Under the pieces are notes generated by a model. It saw nothing but the letters and a program-made list of their open reading frames with translations, was not told the origin of the DNA and did not search any database. This document shows, one piece after another, positions 1-9,928 of a stretch of DNA of 64,000 nucleotides. The stretch's first letter is position 1. Every line of letters starts with the position of its first letter. Source of the stretch: Lysobacteraceae bacterium (lineage in GTDB: Bacteria; Pseudomonadota; Gammaproteobacteria; Xanthomonadales; Xanthomonadaceae); contig DASXKN010000029.1 in assembly GCA_036496805.1 (NCBI GenBank), forward strand, positions 345,451 through 409,450, written 5' to 3'. The translations under genes and the position numbers were made by a program.

Positions 1-1
1 G

Positions 2-1468
2 GTGTATTTCGGACTGGTCGGCAGCAACTCGCGCGGGACGCAGGCGATCGCTCCGTTCTTCGATCCGTCCAAGGAAGTGTTCCTCGAATACGACATCGTC
101 CGGCTGATCGTCTCGCTGTCGAGCGAGCACAAGCCGGTCGTGGCGGTGCTGTCCTCACTGCAGAACGGACCGAGCTTCGATCCGTCCAGCGGCCAGGTCC
201 ATCCGGGATGGGCGATCGATTCCGAACTCGCCAAGACGTACGAGCTGCGCCGCCTGCAGCCCAATCCCGTTTCGATCGGCAACGATGTCGACCTGCTGAT
301 CCTGATCCATCCCAAGGATCTGTCCGACGACACCCAGTACGCGATCGACCAGTTCGTGCTGCGCGGCGGCCGCCTGCTGGTGTTCGTCGATCCGCTCGCC
401 GAGACCGACCCGGGCGCGCAGAATCCGCCGCGTCCGGCTCCCGGCGGCGCGCTCACGCCGAGCGTGTCGTCCTCGCCCGAGCGCCTGTTCAAGGCCTGGG
501 GCATCGTCTTCGATCCGCACCGGATCGTGCGCGACGCGCAGAACGCGCTGCAGATCCAGGACAATCCGCGCGTGCAGCCGGTCTCCAACCCGGTCGCGAT
601 CGGCCTGACGAAGGAGGCGCTGAACCAGGACGACATCGTCTCGGCGCAGCTCGATTCGCTCGACCTCTCCACCGCCGGCGCGCTCGAACTCGCGCCGCAC
701 GGGCCGATGGCGATGGAGCCGCTGGCGCTCAGTTCCACCGACGCCGACCTGATCGACACCGACCGCGCGCGCCTGCAGACCGATCCCAAGCAGCTCGCCG
801 AAGGCTTCCACGCCAGCCACAAGGCCTACGTGCTCGCGGCGCGGCTGACCGGCAAGCCGGCCAGCGCCTTCCCCGAGCGCAACGACGCCAGGCACATCGC
901 CAGCGCGAGCGCGCCGGTCAGCATCATCGTCGTCGCCGACACCGACGTGCTGACCGACCGCATGTGGGTGCATCCGCAGGACTTCTTCGGCCGCCGCCTG
1001 CTCAATCCGTTCGCGAAGAACGGCGATTTCGTCGTCAACGCCGTCGACAATCTCGTGGGCACGCCGGACCTGATCGCGCTGCGCACGCGCCCGGGCTTCA
1101 AGCGTCCGTTCACCCGCGTCGAGAAATTGAAGGAACGCGCCGACCAGAGCCTGCGCGGCAAGCAGGACGAATTGCAGGCCCAGCTCAAGACGATGGAGGC
1201 AAGGCTGGCCGAACTGCAGCCGGCCAAGGCGGGCCAGGGCGCGCAGCCACTCGATGCGCAGCAGAGCGCGCAGATCCAGCAGTTCATCCAGCAGCGCCAG
1301 CGCGTGCGCGGCGAGCTGCGCGGCGTGCAGCAACAGCTCAACGCCAGCATCGACCAGCTCGGTACGCGGCTGAAGTTCATCGACATCCTCGGCGTGCCGC
1401 TGCTGCTGACCCTGGCCGCGCTCGCGGTCGCGTGGTGGCGTCGTCGCCCGCAGCGCGATGCGGCCTGA
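2..1468 (+). CDS. GldG-like ABC-transport auxiliary component (ABC_transp_aux family), 5' partial; C-terminal TM helix
   Basis: ORF-track translation. Motif DLLILIHPKDLSDDTQYAIDQFVLRGGRLLVFVDP is typical of the GldG/ABC_transp_aux family. C-terminal coiled-coil plus a hydrophobic anchor. Runs off the window start. Confidence 0.7.
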   Translation: MYFGLVGSNSRGTQAIAPFFDPSKEVFLEYDIVRLIVSLSSEHKPVVAVLSSLQNGPSFDPSSGQVHPGWAIDSELAKTYELRRLQPNPVSIGNDVDLLILIHPKDLSDDTQYAIDQFVLRGGRLLVFVDPLAETDPGAQNPPRPAPGGALTPSVSSSPERLFKAWGIVFDPHRIVRDAQNALQIQDNPRVQPVSNPVAIGLTKEALNQDDIVSAQLDSLDLSTAGALELAPHGPMAMEPLALSSTDADLIDTDRARLQTDPKQLAEGFHASHKAYVLAARLTGKPASAFPERNDARHIASASAPVSIIVVADTDVLTDRMWVHPQDFFGRRLLNPFAKNGDFVVNAVDNLVGTPDLIALRTRPGFKRPFTRVEKLKERADQSLRGKQDELQAQLKTMEARLAELQPAKAGQGAQPLDAQQSAQIQQFIQQRQRVRGELRGVQQQLNASIDQLGTRLKFIDILGVPLLLTLAALAVAWWRRRPQRDAA

Positions 1469-1844
1469 TCCGGCGACGACCGGGAACCCCTTGAGGCGGT
1501 CGATCCGCGCGCTCGCCGCGCTGGGCGCATTCGCCTGCGCCGTCGCGGTCGGGCTGGGCGCCTATGCGATGCACGCCGCGGTATCGCCGCACGACCACGA
1601 GCGCGTGGCCATTGCCGCGATCTTCCTGTTCGGGCACGGTCTGGCGCTCGCGGCGCTGGCACCGCGAGCGGGCACGCGTGTGCAATGCATCGGCCTGTAC
1701 GTGCTGCTGGCCGGAACGATCCTGTTCTCGGGTAGTCTTGTCTGCGCGGCCGTGTTCGGCATCGAGCCGCGGCTGGCGCCGGCAGGTGGCACGGCGTCGA
1801 TCCTCGGCTGGCTGCTGGTCGCCGCGGGATTCGTGCCCGGCTAG
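1458..1844 (+). CDS. DUF423 (YgdD-like) small membrane protein
   Basis: 128-aa protein with 4 predicted TM segments and a DUF423-like sequence. ATG at 1458 overlaps the upstream stop by 11 nt. Confidence 0.65.
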   Translation: MRPDPATTGNPLRRSIRALAALGAFACAVAVGLGAYAMHAAVSPHDHERVAIAAIFLFGHGLALAALAPRAGTRVQCIGLYVLLAGTILFSGSLVCAAVFGIEPRLAPAGGTASILGWLLVAAGFVPG

Positions 1845-1890
1845 CGCGGCGGAATCCTTTCGGAAAAAATCGGGGACGAAGGAGCGGGCG

Positions 1891-2640
1891 ATGGCGCTTG
1901 TGGGCCGTGGATTCGACGTCGATGCCGCGCACGCGCACCTGCGCAAGCGCGATCGCGCGCTCGCGAAGTGGATGCGCAAGGTCGACGCGGTCGAGGTCGA
2001 TGGCCGCTGGAAGAAGCGCTTCGACGTCACCGATGCGCTCGCTCGCGCGATCCTGTTCCAGCAACTCTCGGGCAAGGCCGCCTCGACGATCGTGGGACGC
2101 GTCGAGGTCGCGACCGCCTCGAAACTGCTGCACGCCGATTGCTTCGGGCGCGTGGACGATCCAACCCTGCGCGGCTGCGGCGTGTCCGGCAACAAGCTGC
2201 TCGCCCTGCGCGACCTGTCGGCGCGCGCGACGCGCGGCGAGATTCCGGACACCGCGCGGATGGCGCGGATGTGCGACGAGGAGATCATCGCCGCGCTCAG
2301 CGCGGTGCGCGGCATCGGCGCATGGACCGTCCAGATGATGCTGATGTTCCGCCTCGGCCGGCCCGACGTGCTGCCGGTGGACGACCTGGGCATCCGCAAG
2401 GGCGCCCAGATCGTCGATGGCCTCGACGCGATGCCGACGCCGAAGGAACTGATCGCGCGCGGCGAAGCCTGGGGACCCTACCGCACGCTCGCGGGCATGT
2501 ACCTGTGGCGGATCGCCGATGCGGCCAAGCCGCCGCCAGTCGCGAAAGCCGCACCGGCGAAGGGGAAGGCGAAGGCCACGTCGAAAGCCACGTCGAAAGC
2601 CACGTCGAAAGCGAAGCCCACGCCACGCTCGCAGGGTTGA
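1891..2640 (+). CDS. alkA: DNA-3-methyladenine glycosylase II (HhH-GPD, AlkA-like) with Lys/Ala/Pro-rich basic C-terminal tail
   Basis: ATG at 1891 with GGAG RBS at 1881-1884. Conserved HhH-GPD motif WTVQMMLMFRLGRPDVLPVDDLGIRKG. Tail AKPPPVAKAAPAKGKAKATSKATSKATSKAKP is partly encoded by a 3x12-bp tandem repeat. Confidence 0.85.
   Translation: MALVGRGFDVDAAHAHLRKRDRALAKWMRKVDAVEVDGRWKKRFDVTDALARAILFQQLSGKAASTIVGRVEVATASKLLHADCFGRVDDPTLRGCGVSGNKLLALRDLSARATRGEIPDTARMARMCDEEIIAALSAVRGIGAWTVQMMLMFRLGRPDVLPVDDLGIRKGAQIVDGLDAMPTPKELIARGEAWGPYRTLAGMYLWRIADAAKPPPVAKAAPAKGKAKATSKATSKATSKAKPTPRSQG
2575..2610. repeat. 3 x 12-bp perfect tandem repeat (gccacgtcgaaa) inside alkA 3' end, encoding ATSK x3
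   Basis: Read directly from the sequence. Confidence 0.9.
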
Positions 2641-2755
2641 TCGCAAGACGACCTCGTCGCCGTTAGGGCCGTCCTGTTTTCCCCTTCGCCAGCTATCGCC
2701 GCGTGCCGACATCGATTCGCCGGTTCGCATTGCCGGCACCACCCGGGCACGCCGA

Positions 2756-3211
2756 TTATTTCGGAGTCGGTGTCTGCTGGAAGGCCGCGTTGAACCAGTG
2801 TCCATCGCGTCTCACGAAGACCGAGCTGACCCAGGCGGGGCTGGGCACCTGGAACTTGCCGCAGAGCGTGTCCTGCATCGCGTGGTAGGTGAGCAGGGCC
2901 GTGTCGGGTCCGAGTCGCGCGAACGCGAAATGGTCGACCGCATAGCTCTTGACGGTGCAACCGCCGCCGGCGACGCCCGCGACAATGGTCTTCTTGTCCG
3001 ACACGCCGCCCGCGCCGACATCGACATGGTCGTCCGAGAGGAAGCCATCGAAGAACTTGCCGTCGTGGTCCTTCCAGGCTTCCCACGATTGCCGTTCGAG
3101 CGCCACCAGTTCGTCCTTCAGCGGGTCGCCCCCGGCAGCCGTGTCGGCCGCGAACGAGGGCGCGCAGGAAAAACAGGCAAGAGCGAGGGCAATCGTCAGG
3201 CTCGTCTTCAT
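2756..3211 (-). CDS. secreted NTF2-like/SnoaL-like (DUF4440-type) protein
   Basis: Signal peptide MKTSLTIALALACFSCAPSFA. ATG at 3209-3211 on the complement strand. NTF2-like fold signature (WEAWKDHDGKFFDGFLSDDHVDV). Confidence 0.6.
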   Translation of the reverse strand: MKTSLTIALALACFSCAPSFAADTAAGGDPLKDELVALERQSWEAWKDHDGKFFDGFLSDDHVDVGAGGVSDKKTIVAGVAGGGCTVKSYAVDHFAFARLGPDTALLTYHAMQDTLCGKFQVPSPAWVSSVFVRRDGHWFNAAFQQTPTPK

Positions 3212-3276
3212 GGTGATCCTCGTGGTCGCGATGAGATGCATGCAGCGTCGGGTCGAAGCGCGACGATGCGGTCGTT

Positions 3277-4053
3277 TCATCCTGCGCGGAACGCCCAATG
3301 CCAGGGCTCGTAGACGATGCCGTGCGGGTTGTCGCGCGGATAACTCATCGCGTAGCCGAAATCGCCTGCGCGCCGCGTCAGCCACGCGAACGCGGGCGTG
3401 AGTTCGAAGCTTTCCTCGGCCGGCGGCTCGCCTGGCGTGCCGATGTCGAGGGCGCGGCCCGAATGGTGCTCGCTGTAGCCGGGCGCGGCGTTGACGGTGA
3501 GGATCTGCTCGACGGTCAGGCCGCGGCGCAGCTTGCGTTCGAAGATGCCGAGCTGGTAGGCGTGGCCGCGGTAGCCGGAAATCGCGTCGAGCGCGATGCC
3601 GTCCGCGCGCGCCGCCTCGCGCATGCGTGTCCACGCGCGCGCAGCGGGCGCGAGCAGCCAGAGTGGGCGCCGGTAACGGTCGCGTCCGGCAAACAAAAGT
3701 CCGGTTGGCTCGGGCACCGGTTCCAGCCCGTGCGCGGCGCCGTAGTCGTCGGGAATGCCGAGGTCGGCGTAGGGCGGGGCGTGCTCGTCGAGCGCGACGG
3801 CGACGCCGGTTCCGTGCGCGATCGCATCAAGTGCGTCGCCGATGCCGGTGTCCGCATGCAGGGTCGAGCCGTCCAGCGAATGCACGAAGCCGCCGGCTAC
3901 TGCCGCGAGGAAGCGTCCGTCGGACTTGCGCCGCAGCAGCCAGTCCGATTGCGCGAGCCGGCGCGCGGTGGCGTTCGAGCGTGCCCGCGCCAGCCACGCG
4001 GGCAGTGCTTCGACGAGCCGGGTGTTCAGCAGCCGCTGTTCGCGTGATTGCAT
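3277..4053 (-). CDS. D-alanyl-D-alanine carboxypeptidase family (peptidase M15B/VanY-like)
   Basis: Zinc-site motif SEHHSGRALD followed by D/H residues typical of M15 peptidases. Confidence 0.75.
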   Translation of the reverse strand: MQSREQRLLNTRLVEALPAWLARARSNATARRLAQSDWLLRRKSDGRFLAAVAGGFVHSLDGSTLHADTGIGDALDAIAHGTGVAVALDEHAPPYADLGIPDDYGAAHGLEPVPEPTGLLFAGRDRYRRPLWLLAPAARAWTRMREAARADGIALDAISGYRGHAYQLGIFERKLRRGLTVEQILTVNAAPGYSEHHSGRALDIGTPGEPPAEESFELTPAFAWLTRRAGDFGYAMSYPRDNPHGIVYEPWHWAFRAG

Positions 4054-4182
4054 CGGTGCAGCTTAGCCGCGCGCGCAGCGGCCGTCACGGCGTCAGGCAG
4101 GGCGGAGAGGAGGGAGCGGGTTCCCGGGACCGCCATGTCCGCTGGCAGGATTAAGCGCATTGTCCGGCGCGACCCGGGCACG

Positions 4183-4389
4183 TCAGGAACCGCGCCGGGT
4201 CGTGGATGGAGGCCGCTCGGCGGGTACATCGTCTTCGGGTTTCTTAAGGCGTCCGTTTCTCCGCAGCGCATCGCGCAGCACGTACTCGATCTGCGCGTTG
4301 AGCGAACGCAGCTCGTCGTCCGACCAGCGCTGCATGGCCTGCAGCACGTCGGCGCCGATCCGCAGCGGATAGGCTTTTTTCTCGCTCAC
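4183..4389 (-). CDS. Arc/MetJ-type ribbon-helix-helix DNA-binding protein (alternative ATG start at 4431)
   Basis: Sequence VSEKKAYPLRIGADVLQAMQRWSDDELRSLNAQIEYVLRDAL matches the Arc-like RHH family. GTG at 4387-4389 lies 4 nt after the stop of the upstream peptide ORF. Confidence 0.7.
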   Translation of the reverse strand: MSEKKAYPLRIGADVLQAMQRWSDDELRSLNAQIEYVLRDALRRNGRLKKPEDDVPAERPPSTTRRGS

Positions 4390-4393
4390 GGGC

Positions 4394-4468
4394 TCAGCGA
4401 CGCATCCGTCGCGCCTGCGAGGCGCTGGCAACGGCTGCGATGGCGATGATGATGAATACGGCGGTCAT
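4394..4468 (-). CDS. 24-aa hydrophobic peptide MTAVFIIIAIAAVASASQARRMRR (single TM helix, basic C-terminus)
   Basis: Strong SD (AAGGAG) 7 nt upstream of the ATG at 4466-4468. Stop TGA at 4394-4396 is followed 4 nt later by the GTG of the Arc-like gene. Confidence 0.5.
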   Translation of the reverse strand: MTAVFIIIAIAAVASASQARRMRR

Positions 4469-4580
4469 GGTCTTGCTCCTTTTCAAGGTCGGCACATGGA
4501 TGTGCGGTCGCCACGTCCGGAGGCTCGAGGTCGCCCGGACTCCAGCGCACATCAGGGTTGAGGTGCGCTGGATGCGCACA

Positions 4581-5447
4581 TCAATAAATCGTCCCGGCAT
4601 TGACGATCGGCTGCGCCGGGCGTTCCGAGCAGAGCACCACGAGCATGTTGCTCACCATGGACGCGCGCCGCTCGTCGTCGAGTTCGGCCAGGCCTTTCTC
4701 CTTGAGCTGGTTGAGCGCCATCTCGACCATCGTGACCGCGCCGAACACGATCCGCGTGCGCGCCGCGACCACCGCATCGGCCTGCTGGCGCTGCAGCATC
4801 GCCTGGGCGATCTCCGGCGCGTAGGCGAGATGGCTGATGCGCGCCTCGATCATGGAAACACCGGCCTGGCTCAGGCGCTCCTTGAGCTGTTCCATGAGGT
4901 GTTGCGAGATCTCGATCGGATGGCTGCGCAGCGAGACGGTCTTCGGATCGTCGTGGTTGTCGTACGGGTAGCTGGTCGCCATCTGCCGCAGCGCCGATTC
5001 GGACTGGATGTGCACGTAGCTCTCGTAGTCGTCCACGTTGTAGACCGCCTCGGCGGAGTCGACGACCTGCCACACGATCACCGCGCCGATCTCGATCGGG
5101 CTGCCCTGCAATTCGTTGACCTTCAGCTTGCTGGTCTCGAAGTTGCGGATGCGCAGGCTGATCTTCTTCACCGCGTAGAACGGGTTGGTGAAGCGCAGGC
5201 CCTGTTCGCGTACCGAGCCGACGTACTTGCCGAACAGGCTGAGCACCACGGCCTGGTTCGGCTCGACGTTGAAGAAGCCGCCGAGGCAGACCATCAGCAG
5301 CATGCCGGCGAGGACTGCGCCTCCGCCAGTCAGGGTTTCGTTGGCCGCGGCGGCGCTGAGACCGATCCAGATGTCGCCGGCGAGCAGCGCGAACAGGACG
5401 ATCAGGGTGCGGATGCCGGACGTGGTGGTGGTCTCGCGCTCGTTCAT
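4581..5447 (-). CDS. SPFH/Band-7 (stomatin/prohibitin-like) membrane protein
   Basis: N-terminal TM helices followed by an SPFH domain ([42 protein letters not shown]). ATG at 5445-5447 with GGAGAA RBS. Confidence 0.8.
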   Translation of the reverse strand: MNERETTTTSGIRTLIVLFALLAGDIWIGLSAAAANETLTGGGAVLAGMLLMVCLGGFFNVEPNQAVVLSLFGKYVGSVREQGLRFTNPFYAVKKISLRIRNFETSKLKVNELQGSPIEIGAVIVWQVVDSAEAVYNVDDYESYVHIQSESALRQMATSYPYDNHDDPKTVSLRSHPIEISQHLMEQLKERLSQAGVSMIEARISHLAYAPEIAQAMLQRQQADAVVAARTRIVFGAVTMVEMALNQLKEKGLAELDDERRASMVSNMLVVLCSERPAQPIVNAGTIY

Positions 5448-5591
5448 GGTGCTTCTCCGTGGTGCGATACAGCCCGCGCGGGAACCGGCGGGGCACAGCG
5501 GATCGCTGCGCGAGGAACAAGATATCAAAAAGATATCATTTTGCAAGTGGGGGTGCGGCAATGAAGTTGCATCCCAATCGCGGCGGCCCAC

Positions 5592-6485
5592 TCACGGGCT
5601 TGCCGGGACATCGACCTCGACGATCGGGGCCGGCAAGTGTTCGCCGCTGACGTAGAACGCGCGCCCGTCGAGCCGGAACGTCAGTGCCTCGGCCTGCGGC
5701 AGCCAGCCGAACGGCAGCCACTGCGGCGAATGCGACACCGCCTGCGCCCAGCTCTCGCCCGCGCTTCGCCGGTAGAGATAGGCGCGGCGATAGGTCAGCA
5801 CCGCGATGCTGCCGCGATCGGGCGCGATGTCCGCGGCCGTGACCTGCGAGAGGTATTGCCTGAACTGCGGCAGCGTCCAGGTCTCGTCCAGCCGCGGCGA
5901 CGGTATGCCCACCAGCGGGCCGAGCCGTTTCGCCGTCAGCACGCCGCGCGCGGTCGGATGCAACGGCAGCCGGTACAGCACGGCAGGCACGGTGCGCTTG
6001 CTGATCAGCAGGATGCTGCCGGTCGCCACGTCCACCGTGACCGCCTCGCAGTCGCGCGGTCCGCCGGGCCAGCGGAAGCGGATGCTCCACGCCGGCGACG
6101 CGTGCGCATCGGCGATCGTCGCCGGCTCCTCGATCGCGTACAGCACCACGGTGTCGCGCACGGCGCGGTTGTCTCCCGCGTCGGCGAGCAGCAGGTAGTG
6201 ACGGCCGTGCTCGTCGAACGAGGCGAAGTCCTCCCAGTCGACGTTCGGCGCGCCGTCGACGTGCAGGGTCATCAGCAGCTTGCCGTCCGGTTTCACGAGA
6301 TAGACGTCGGGCGGGTTGTCGCTGTCGTTCTCCACCCACAGCAGGCCGGGATGGGCGTGCGAAGCCGCCAGGCCGCTGACCTCGGGCAACCTCGGGTCGT
6401 TCATCGTCCCGACCGTCCTCTGGCCGGCGAGGACGGCGGACATCGGCAGCGCGCACAGCACCACGACGATCAGTCGATGCAGCAT
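5592..6485 (-). CDS. secreted hypothetical protein (possible beta-propeller/esterase-like fold)
   Basis: Signal peptide [24 protein letters not shown] at 6483-6485. No confident family assignment. Confidence 0.5.
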   Translation of the reverse strand: MLHRLIVVVLCALPMSAVLAGQRTVGTMNDPRLPEVSGLAASHAHPGLLWVENDSDNPPDVYLVKPDGKLLMTLHVDGAPNVDWEDFASFDEHGRHYLLLADAGDNRAVRDTVVLYAIEEPATIADAHASPAWSIRFRWPGGPRDCEAVTVDVATGSILLISKRTVPAVLYRLPLHPTARGVLTAKRLGPLVGIPSPRLDETWTLPQFRQYLSQVTAADIAPDRGSIAVLTYRRAYLYRRSAGESWAQAVSHSPQWLPFGWLPQAEALTFRLDGRAFYVSGEHLPAPIVEVDVPASP

Positions 6486-6603
6486 GTTCGATCCTGTTCC
6501 CTGGTTCGCGCACGATGCCATGCCGGAGGTTACCGGCGAATGGGGCGGCGATGGCGACGCCGGGACCGGTAGAATGCCGCTTTCCCCACCGCCATCGCCT
6601 TCC

Positions 6604-7839
6604 ATGACCGTGATCGACAGTGCAGCCGCCGCCTCCCTTTCCAGCGCCGTCACCATCGGCACGCCACTGGCGAAGGGCGCGTTGCGCGTGCTCCTGCTGG
6701 GTTCGGGCGAGCTCGGCAAGGAAGTGGCGATCGAGCTGCAGCGCTTCGGCGTGGAGGTGATCGCCGCCGACCGCTACGAGCACGCGCCCGCGATGCAGGT
6801 CGCGCACCGCTCGCACACCCTCAACATGCTCGATCCGGCGGCACTGCGCGAGCTGATCGCGCGTGAGCAGCCGCACCTGGTGGTGCCGGAGATCGAGGCG
6901 ATCCATACCCCCACCCTGGTCGAACTCGAGCGCCTGCACGGCCAGCACGTGATCCCGACCGCGCGCGCGGCGCGGCTGACGATGGACCGCGAAGGCATCC
7001 GCCGGCTCGCGGCCGAAACCCTCGGCCTGCCCACATCGCCCTACCGCTTCGTCGACACCGTCGAGGAATACCGCGCTGCGGTCGAGGCCATCGGCATGCC
7101 CTGTGTGGTCAAGCCCGTCATGTCCAGCTCCGGCAAGGGCCAGAGCACGGTGCGTTCGACCACCGATGTCGACAAGGCCTGGGCGTACGCGCAGAGCGGC
7201 GGCCGCGCGGGGCAGGGGCGCGCGATCGTCGAGGGTTTCATCGACTTCGACTACGAGATCACCCTGCTCACCGTGCGCCATCGCGATGGCACCAGCTTCT
7301 GCGATCCGATCGGCCACCTGCAGCTCGATGGCGACTATCGCGAGAGCTGGCAGCCGCAGCCCATGAGTCCCGCAGCGCTGGAGCGCGCGAAGGCGATCGC
7401 GTCGGCGGTGACCGACAACCTCGGCGGGTACGGCCTGTTCGGCGTCGAGCTGTTCGTGAAAGGCGACGAGGTGTGGTTCTCGGAGGTCTCGCCGCGGCCG
7501 CACGACACCGGCCTGGTCACGCTGATGTCGCAGGATCTTTCCGAGTTCGCGCTGCACGCGCGCGCGATCCTCGGCCTGCCGATCCCGAACATCGAGCAGC
7601 GCGGGCCTTCGGCTTCATGCGCGGTGCTCGCGCACGGCAACGGCGTGCCGCGGTTCGGCAACGTCGATGCGGCGCTGGCTCAGCCCGACACCGCGCTGCG
7701 CCTGTTCGGCAAGCCGCGGGTCGAGGGCCATCGCCGCGTCGCGGTCATGCTCGCGCGCGGCGAGTCGATCGATCACGCACGCGCGAAGGCGCGCGATGCG
7801 GCGGCCGCGTTGCGCGTCGAACTCGTAACCGAGTCCTGA
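6604..7839 (+). CDS. purT: phosphoribosylglycinamide formyltransferase 2 (formate-dependent GAR transformylase)
   Basis: Near full-length similarity to E. coli PurT ([17 protein letters not shown]...[12 protein letters not shown]...SPRPHDTG). Start is ATG at 6604; an alternative ATG at 6574 is possible. Confidence 0.9.
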   Translation: MTVIDSAAAASLSSAVTIGTPLAKGALRVLLLGSGELGKEVAIELQRFGVEVIAADRYEHAPAMQVAHRSHTLNMLDPAALRELIAREQPHLVVPEIEAIHTPTLVELERLHGQHVIPTARAARLTMDREGIRRLAAETLGLPTSPYRFVDTVEEYRAAVEAIGMPCVVKPVMSSSGKGQSTVRSTTDVDKAWAYAQSGGRAGQGRAIVEGFIDFDYEITLLTVRHRDGTSFCDPIGHLQLDGDYRESWQPQPMSPAALERAKAIASAVTDNLGGYGLFGVELFVKGDEVWFSEVSPRPHDTGLVTLMSQDLSEFALHARAILGLPIPNIEQRGPSASCAVLAHGNGVPRFGNVDAALAQPDTALRLFGKPRVEGHRRVAVMLARGESIDHARAKARDAAAALRVELVTES

Positions 7840-7853
7840 GGAGAACCATCGCC

Positions 7854-8264
7854 ATGACCGACGTGACCCTGTACGCGGTGTTCATCCATCCCGGCGCACT
7901 CGAGGCGCTCGGCGAGGCGATCAAGCCCTACCTGAGCGACGGCCCGCACGGCAGGCACATCGTCTGTCGCGAGATCGACAGCGGCGGCGCGTTTTTCGAG
8001 ATGACGATCGAGGGCACGACGTCCGACGGGCGCAAGGTCGAACTCGAGTTGATGGTTCCCTCGAACATGGTGCAGATGGTGATGTCCACCCACAGCGACG
8101 GCGCGTTCGGTTTCCATCACGACCGCGATCCGCTGGACGCCAAGCCATCAAAGCGCAAGTCCGCGTCCGCGAAAGTTACCGGTCGCGATCCGGCCGCGGC
8201 GCCGGCGGCAGCCACGCCCGCGCCCATCGCGGCGAGCGATTCCAAGCCGCCGATCGAGGGTTGA
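7854..8264 (+). CDS. hypothetical protein with A/P-rich basic C-terminal tail
   Basis: ATG at 7854 with GAGGAGAA RBS. 136-aa protein with no recognised family. Lies 15 nt downstream of purT. Confidence 0.5.
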   Translation: MTDVTLYAVFIHPGALEALGEAIKPYLSDGPHGRHIVCREIDSGGAFFEMTIEGTTSDGRKVELELMVPSNMVQMVMSTHSDGAFGFHHDRDPLDAKPSKRKSASAKVTGRDPAAAPAAATPAPIAASDSKPPIEG

Positions 8265-8350
8265 TTCGTCGATCCGGGCCGAGGCCGTTGCGCGGCCTGC
8301 GAGCGGGTCGGTGACGGGCGACGAAATCCGCGAGCGCTGGTCTCGAGGCC

Positions 8351-9037
8351 TCAGGCCTCGCGCCACTGTCCGCCCTCCAGCACCTGCAGCGGCCTGAAGC
8401 GCGACTTGTAGTGCATCTTCGGGTGGCCGTCGATCCAGTAGCCGAGGTAGATGTAGTCGCGGTTCGTGCGCGTGGCCCAGGCGATCTGGCGCAGGATCGC
8501 CAGCGTGCCCAGCGAGCGGGCGCGTTCGTCGGGGTCGAAGAAGGTGTAGACGGCCGACAGCGCATCGTGGGTGGTGTCGCTCACCGCCACTGCCAGCAGG
8601 CGCTCGCCCAGCCACAACTGCATGAAACGCGTGGGACTCCAGGGACTGGCGACGAAACGGTCGAAGTCCTCCTCGTCGGTGTCGGCCATGGGTCCATCGC
8701 CATGGCGCCCTTCGAGGTAGTGGCGGTAGAGCGCGAACGTCTCCGGCGTGCGCAGCGGCAGCGCCATCCGGTCGACGACGTCGGCGTTGTCGCGCAGGCA
8801 GCGGCGCTGGCTGCGGTCGGGGCGGAAATCGCGAACGCACAGCCGCACCGGCACGCAGGCGCGACAGGCGGGGCAGTTCGGCCGGTAGACATGACCGCCG
8901 GAACGGCGGAAGCCCTGCACCAGCGCTCCGGGATAGGCGCCGGCAAGGGCTGGATCGCGTGGATCGAGGACCAGATCGCGCGCGATGCGCTCGGGAAAGT
9001 ACCCGCAGGCGTGTTCGCCGGTGCGATACAGGTTCAT
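8351..9037 (-). CDS. bpt: aspartate/glutamate leucyltransferase (arginyl-tRNA-protein transferase family, Bpt)
   Basis: ATE_N/ATE_C-like sequence (YRTGEHACGYFPER...YIYLGYWIDGHPKMHYKSRFRP). Confidence 0.8.
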   Translation of the reverse strand: MNLYRTGEHACGYFPERIARDLVLDPRDPALAGAYPGALVQGFRRSGGHVYRPNCPACRACVPVRLCVRDFRPDRSQRRCLRDNADVVDRMALPLRTPETFALYRHYLEGRHGDGPMADTDEEDFDRFVASPWSPTRFMQLWLGERLLAVAVSDTTHDALSAVYTFFDPDERARSLGTLAILRQIAWATRTNRDYIYLGYWIDGHPKMHYKSRFRPLQVLEGGQWREA

Positions 9038-9163
9038 GCATCCATCCTAGCCCAGCCGGCGCGGCTCCGGTGGCGGGCGCAGGAAGGGGCCGCCCGGCGC
9101 CCGGGCGGTTTCGCCGACGCCGCCCAGCCTCTATAGTGGCGGCCTTCACCCAGCCAGGACTCC

Positions 9164-9832
9164 TTGATGAACCGCTTCCCCAGCCAGTCCCAGTTTCGCC
9201 TGAGCCCGCTGCTCGTCCTGATCGTCGCCTGCTGCGCGGGCGCCGGCCTTGCCGTCGCCGCTCCCGCCGCAAAGCCTTTCTGGATCGGCGATCTCGACAC
9301 CAACCATGACGGCAAGATCTCGGCGCAGGAAGCGGCCGCCATGCCGGCGGTCGCGAAGGCGTTCGCGACGATCGACCAGAACAAGGACGGCTCCATCACC
9401 ATGTCCGAAGTCCGCCTGATGTGGCGCTCGGAGATGATGGGCATTGCCAATTCGAGCGTGCAGGGCCGGATGGCGGCCTTCACCAAGGCCGACACCAAGA
9501 AGGCCGGCAAGATCAGCGCCGACGAGGCGAAGGCCGCCGGCATGAACTTCGTCGTCACCAACTTCAAGACCTTCGACGCCAACCACGACGGCTTCGTCGA
9601 GAAGGACGAGATGCAGAAGGGCGCGGTGGCGCTCGCGCAGCAGGGCCTCGCCGCGCGCGGCCAGCACCTGCAGGCGATGTTCACCAAGGCCGACACCAAC
9701 AAGGACGGCAAGCTGAGCCAGGTCGAGTTCACGGCGGCCTTCCCGAAGTTCGCGCCCTCGTTCGCATTCTTCGACGAGAACCACGACGGTTCGGTCGACC
9801 AGACCGAGTTCGCGCTGCCGCCGGGCATCTGA
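9164..9832 (+). CDS. secreted EF-hand calcium-binding protein (5 EF-hand loops)
   Basis: Signal peptide present. Five DxNxDGxIxxxE-type loops: DTNHDGKIS, DQNKDGSIT, DANHDGFVE, DTNKDGKLS, DENHDGSVD. Confidence 0.8.
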   Translation: MMNRFPSQSQFRLSPLLVLIVACCAGAGLAVAAPAAKPFWIGDLDTNHDGKISAQEAAAMPAVAKAFATIDQNKDGSITMSEVRLMWRSEMMGIANSSVQGRMAAFTKADTKKAGKISADEAKAAGMNFVVTNFKTFDANHDGFVEKDEMQKGAVALAQQGLAARGQHLQAMFTKADTNKDGKLSQVEFTAAFPKFAPSFAFFDENHDGSVDQTEFALPPGI

Positions 9833-9928
9833 GCCGGCGGGAAAAGGCCCCGGATCGTTTCCGGGGCCGGCTTTGCGGTTCCAGCGAGGCCGGGCGTCAA
9901 CGGCCCCCGGCTTTGCTGAAACAGTGCT

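Noticed and set aside
826-2805. 659-aa ORF on the minus strand, plus many other very long ORFs (e.g. 5536..7557, 15762..18068, 19246..22563, 24811..27015, 26559..29486, 30421..32937, 31020..33173)
   Set aside because: Arg/Ala/Gly/Pro-rich translations typical of antisense or out-of-frame reading in about 70% GC DNA. They overlap confidently assigned genes on the other strand or frame and have no domain-like sequence and no RBS.
4389-4431. ATG at 4431 as the start of the Arc-like regulator
   Set aside because: It would overlap the upstream peptide ORF out of frame. GTG at 4389 gives the family-typical N-terminus (MSEKKAYPLRI...) and couples to the peptide stop. Kept as an alternative.
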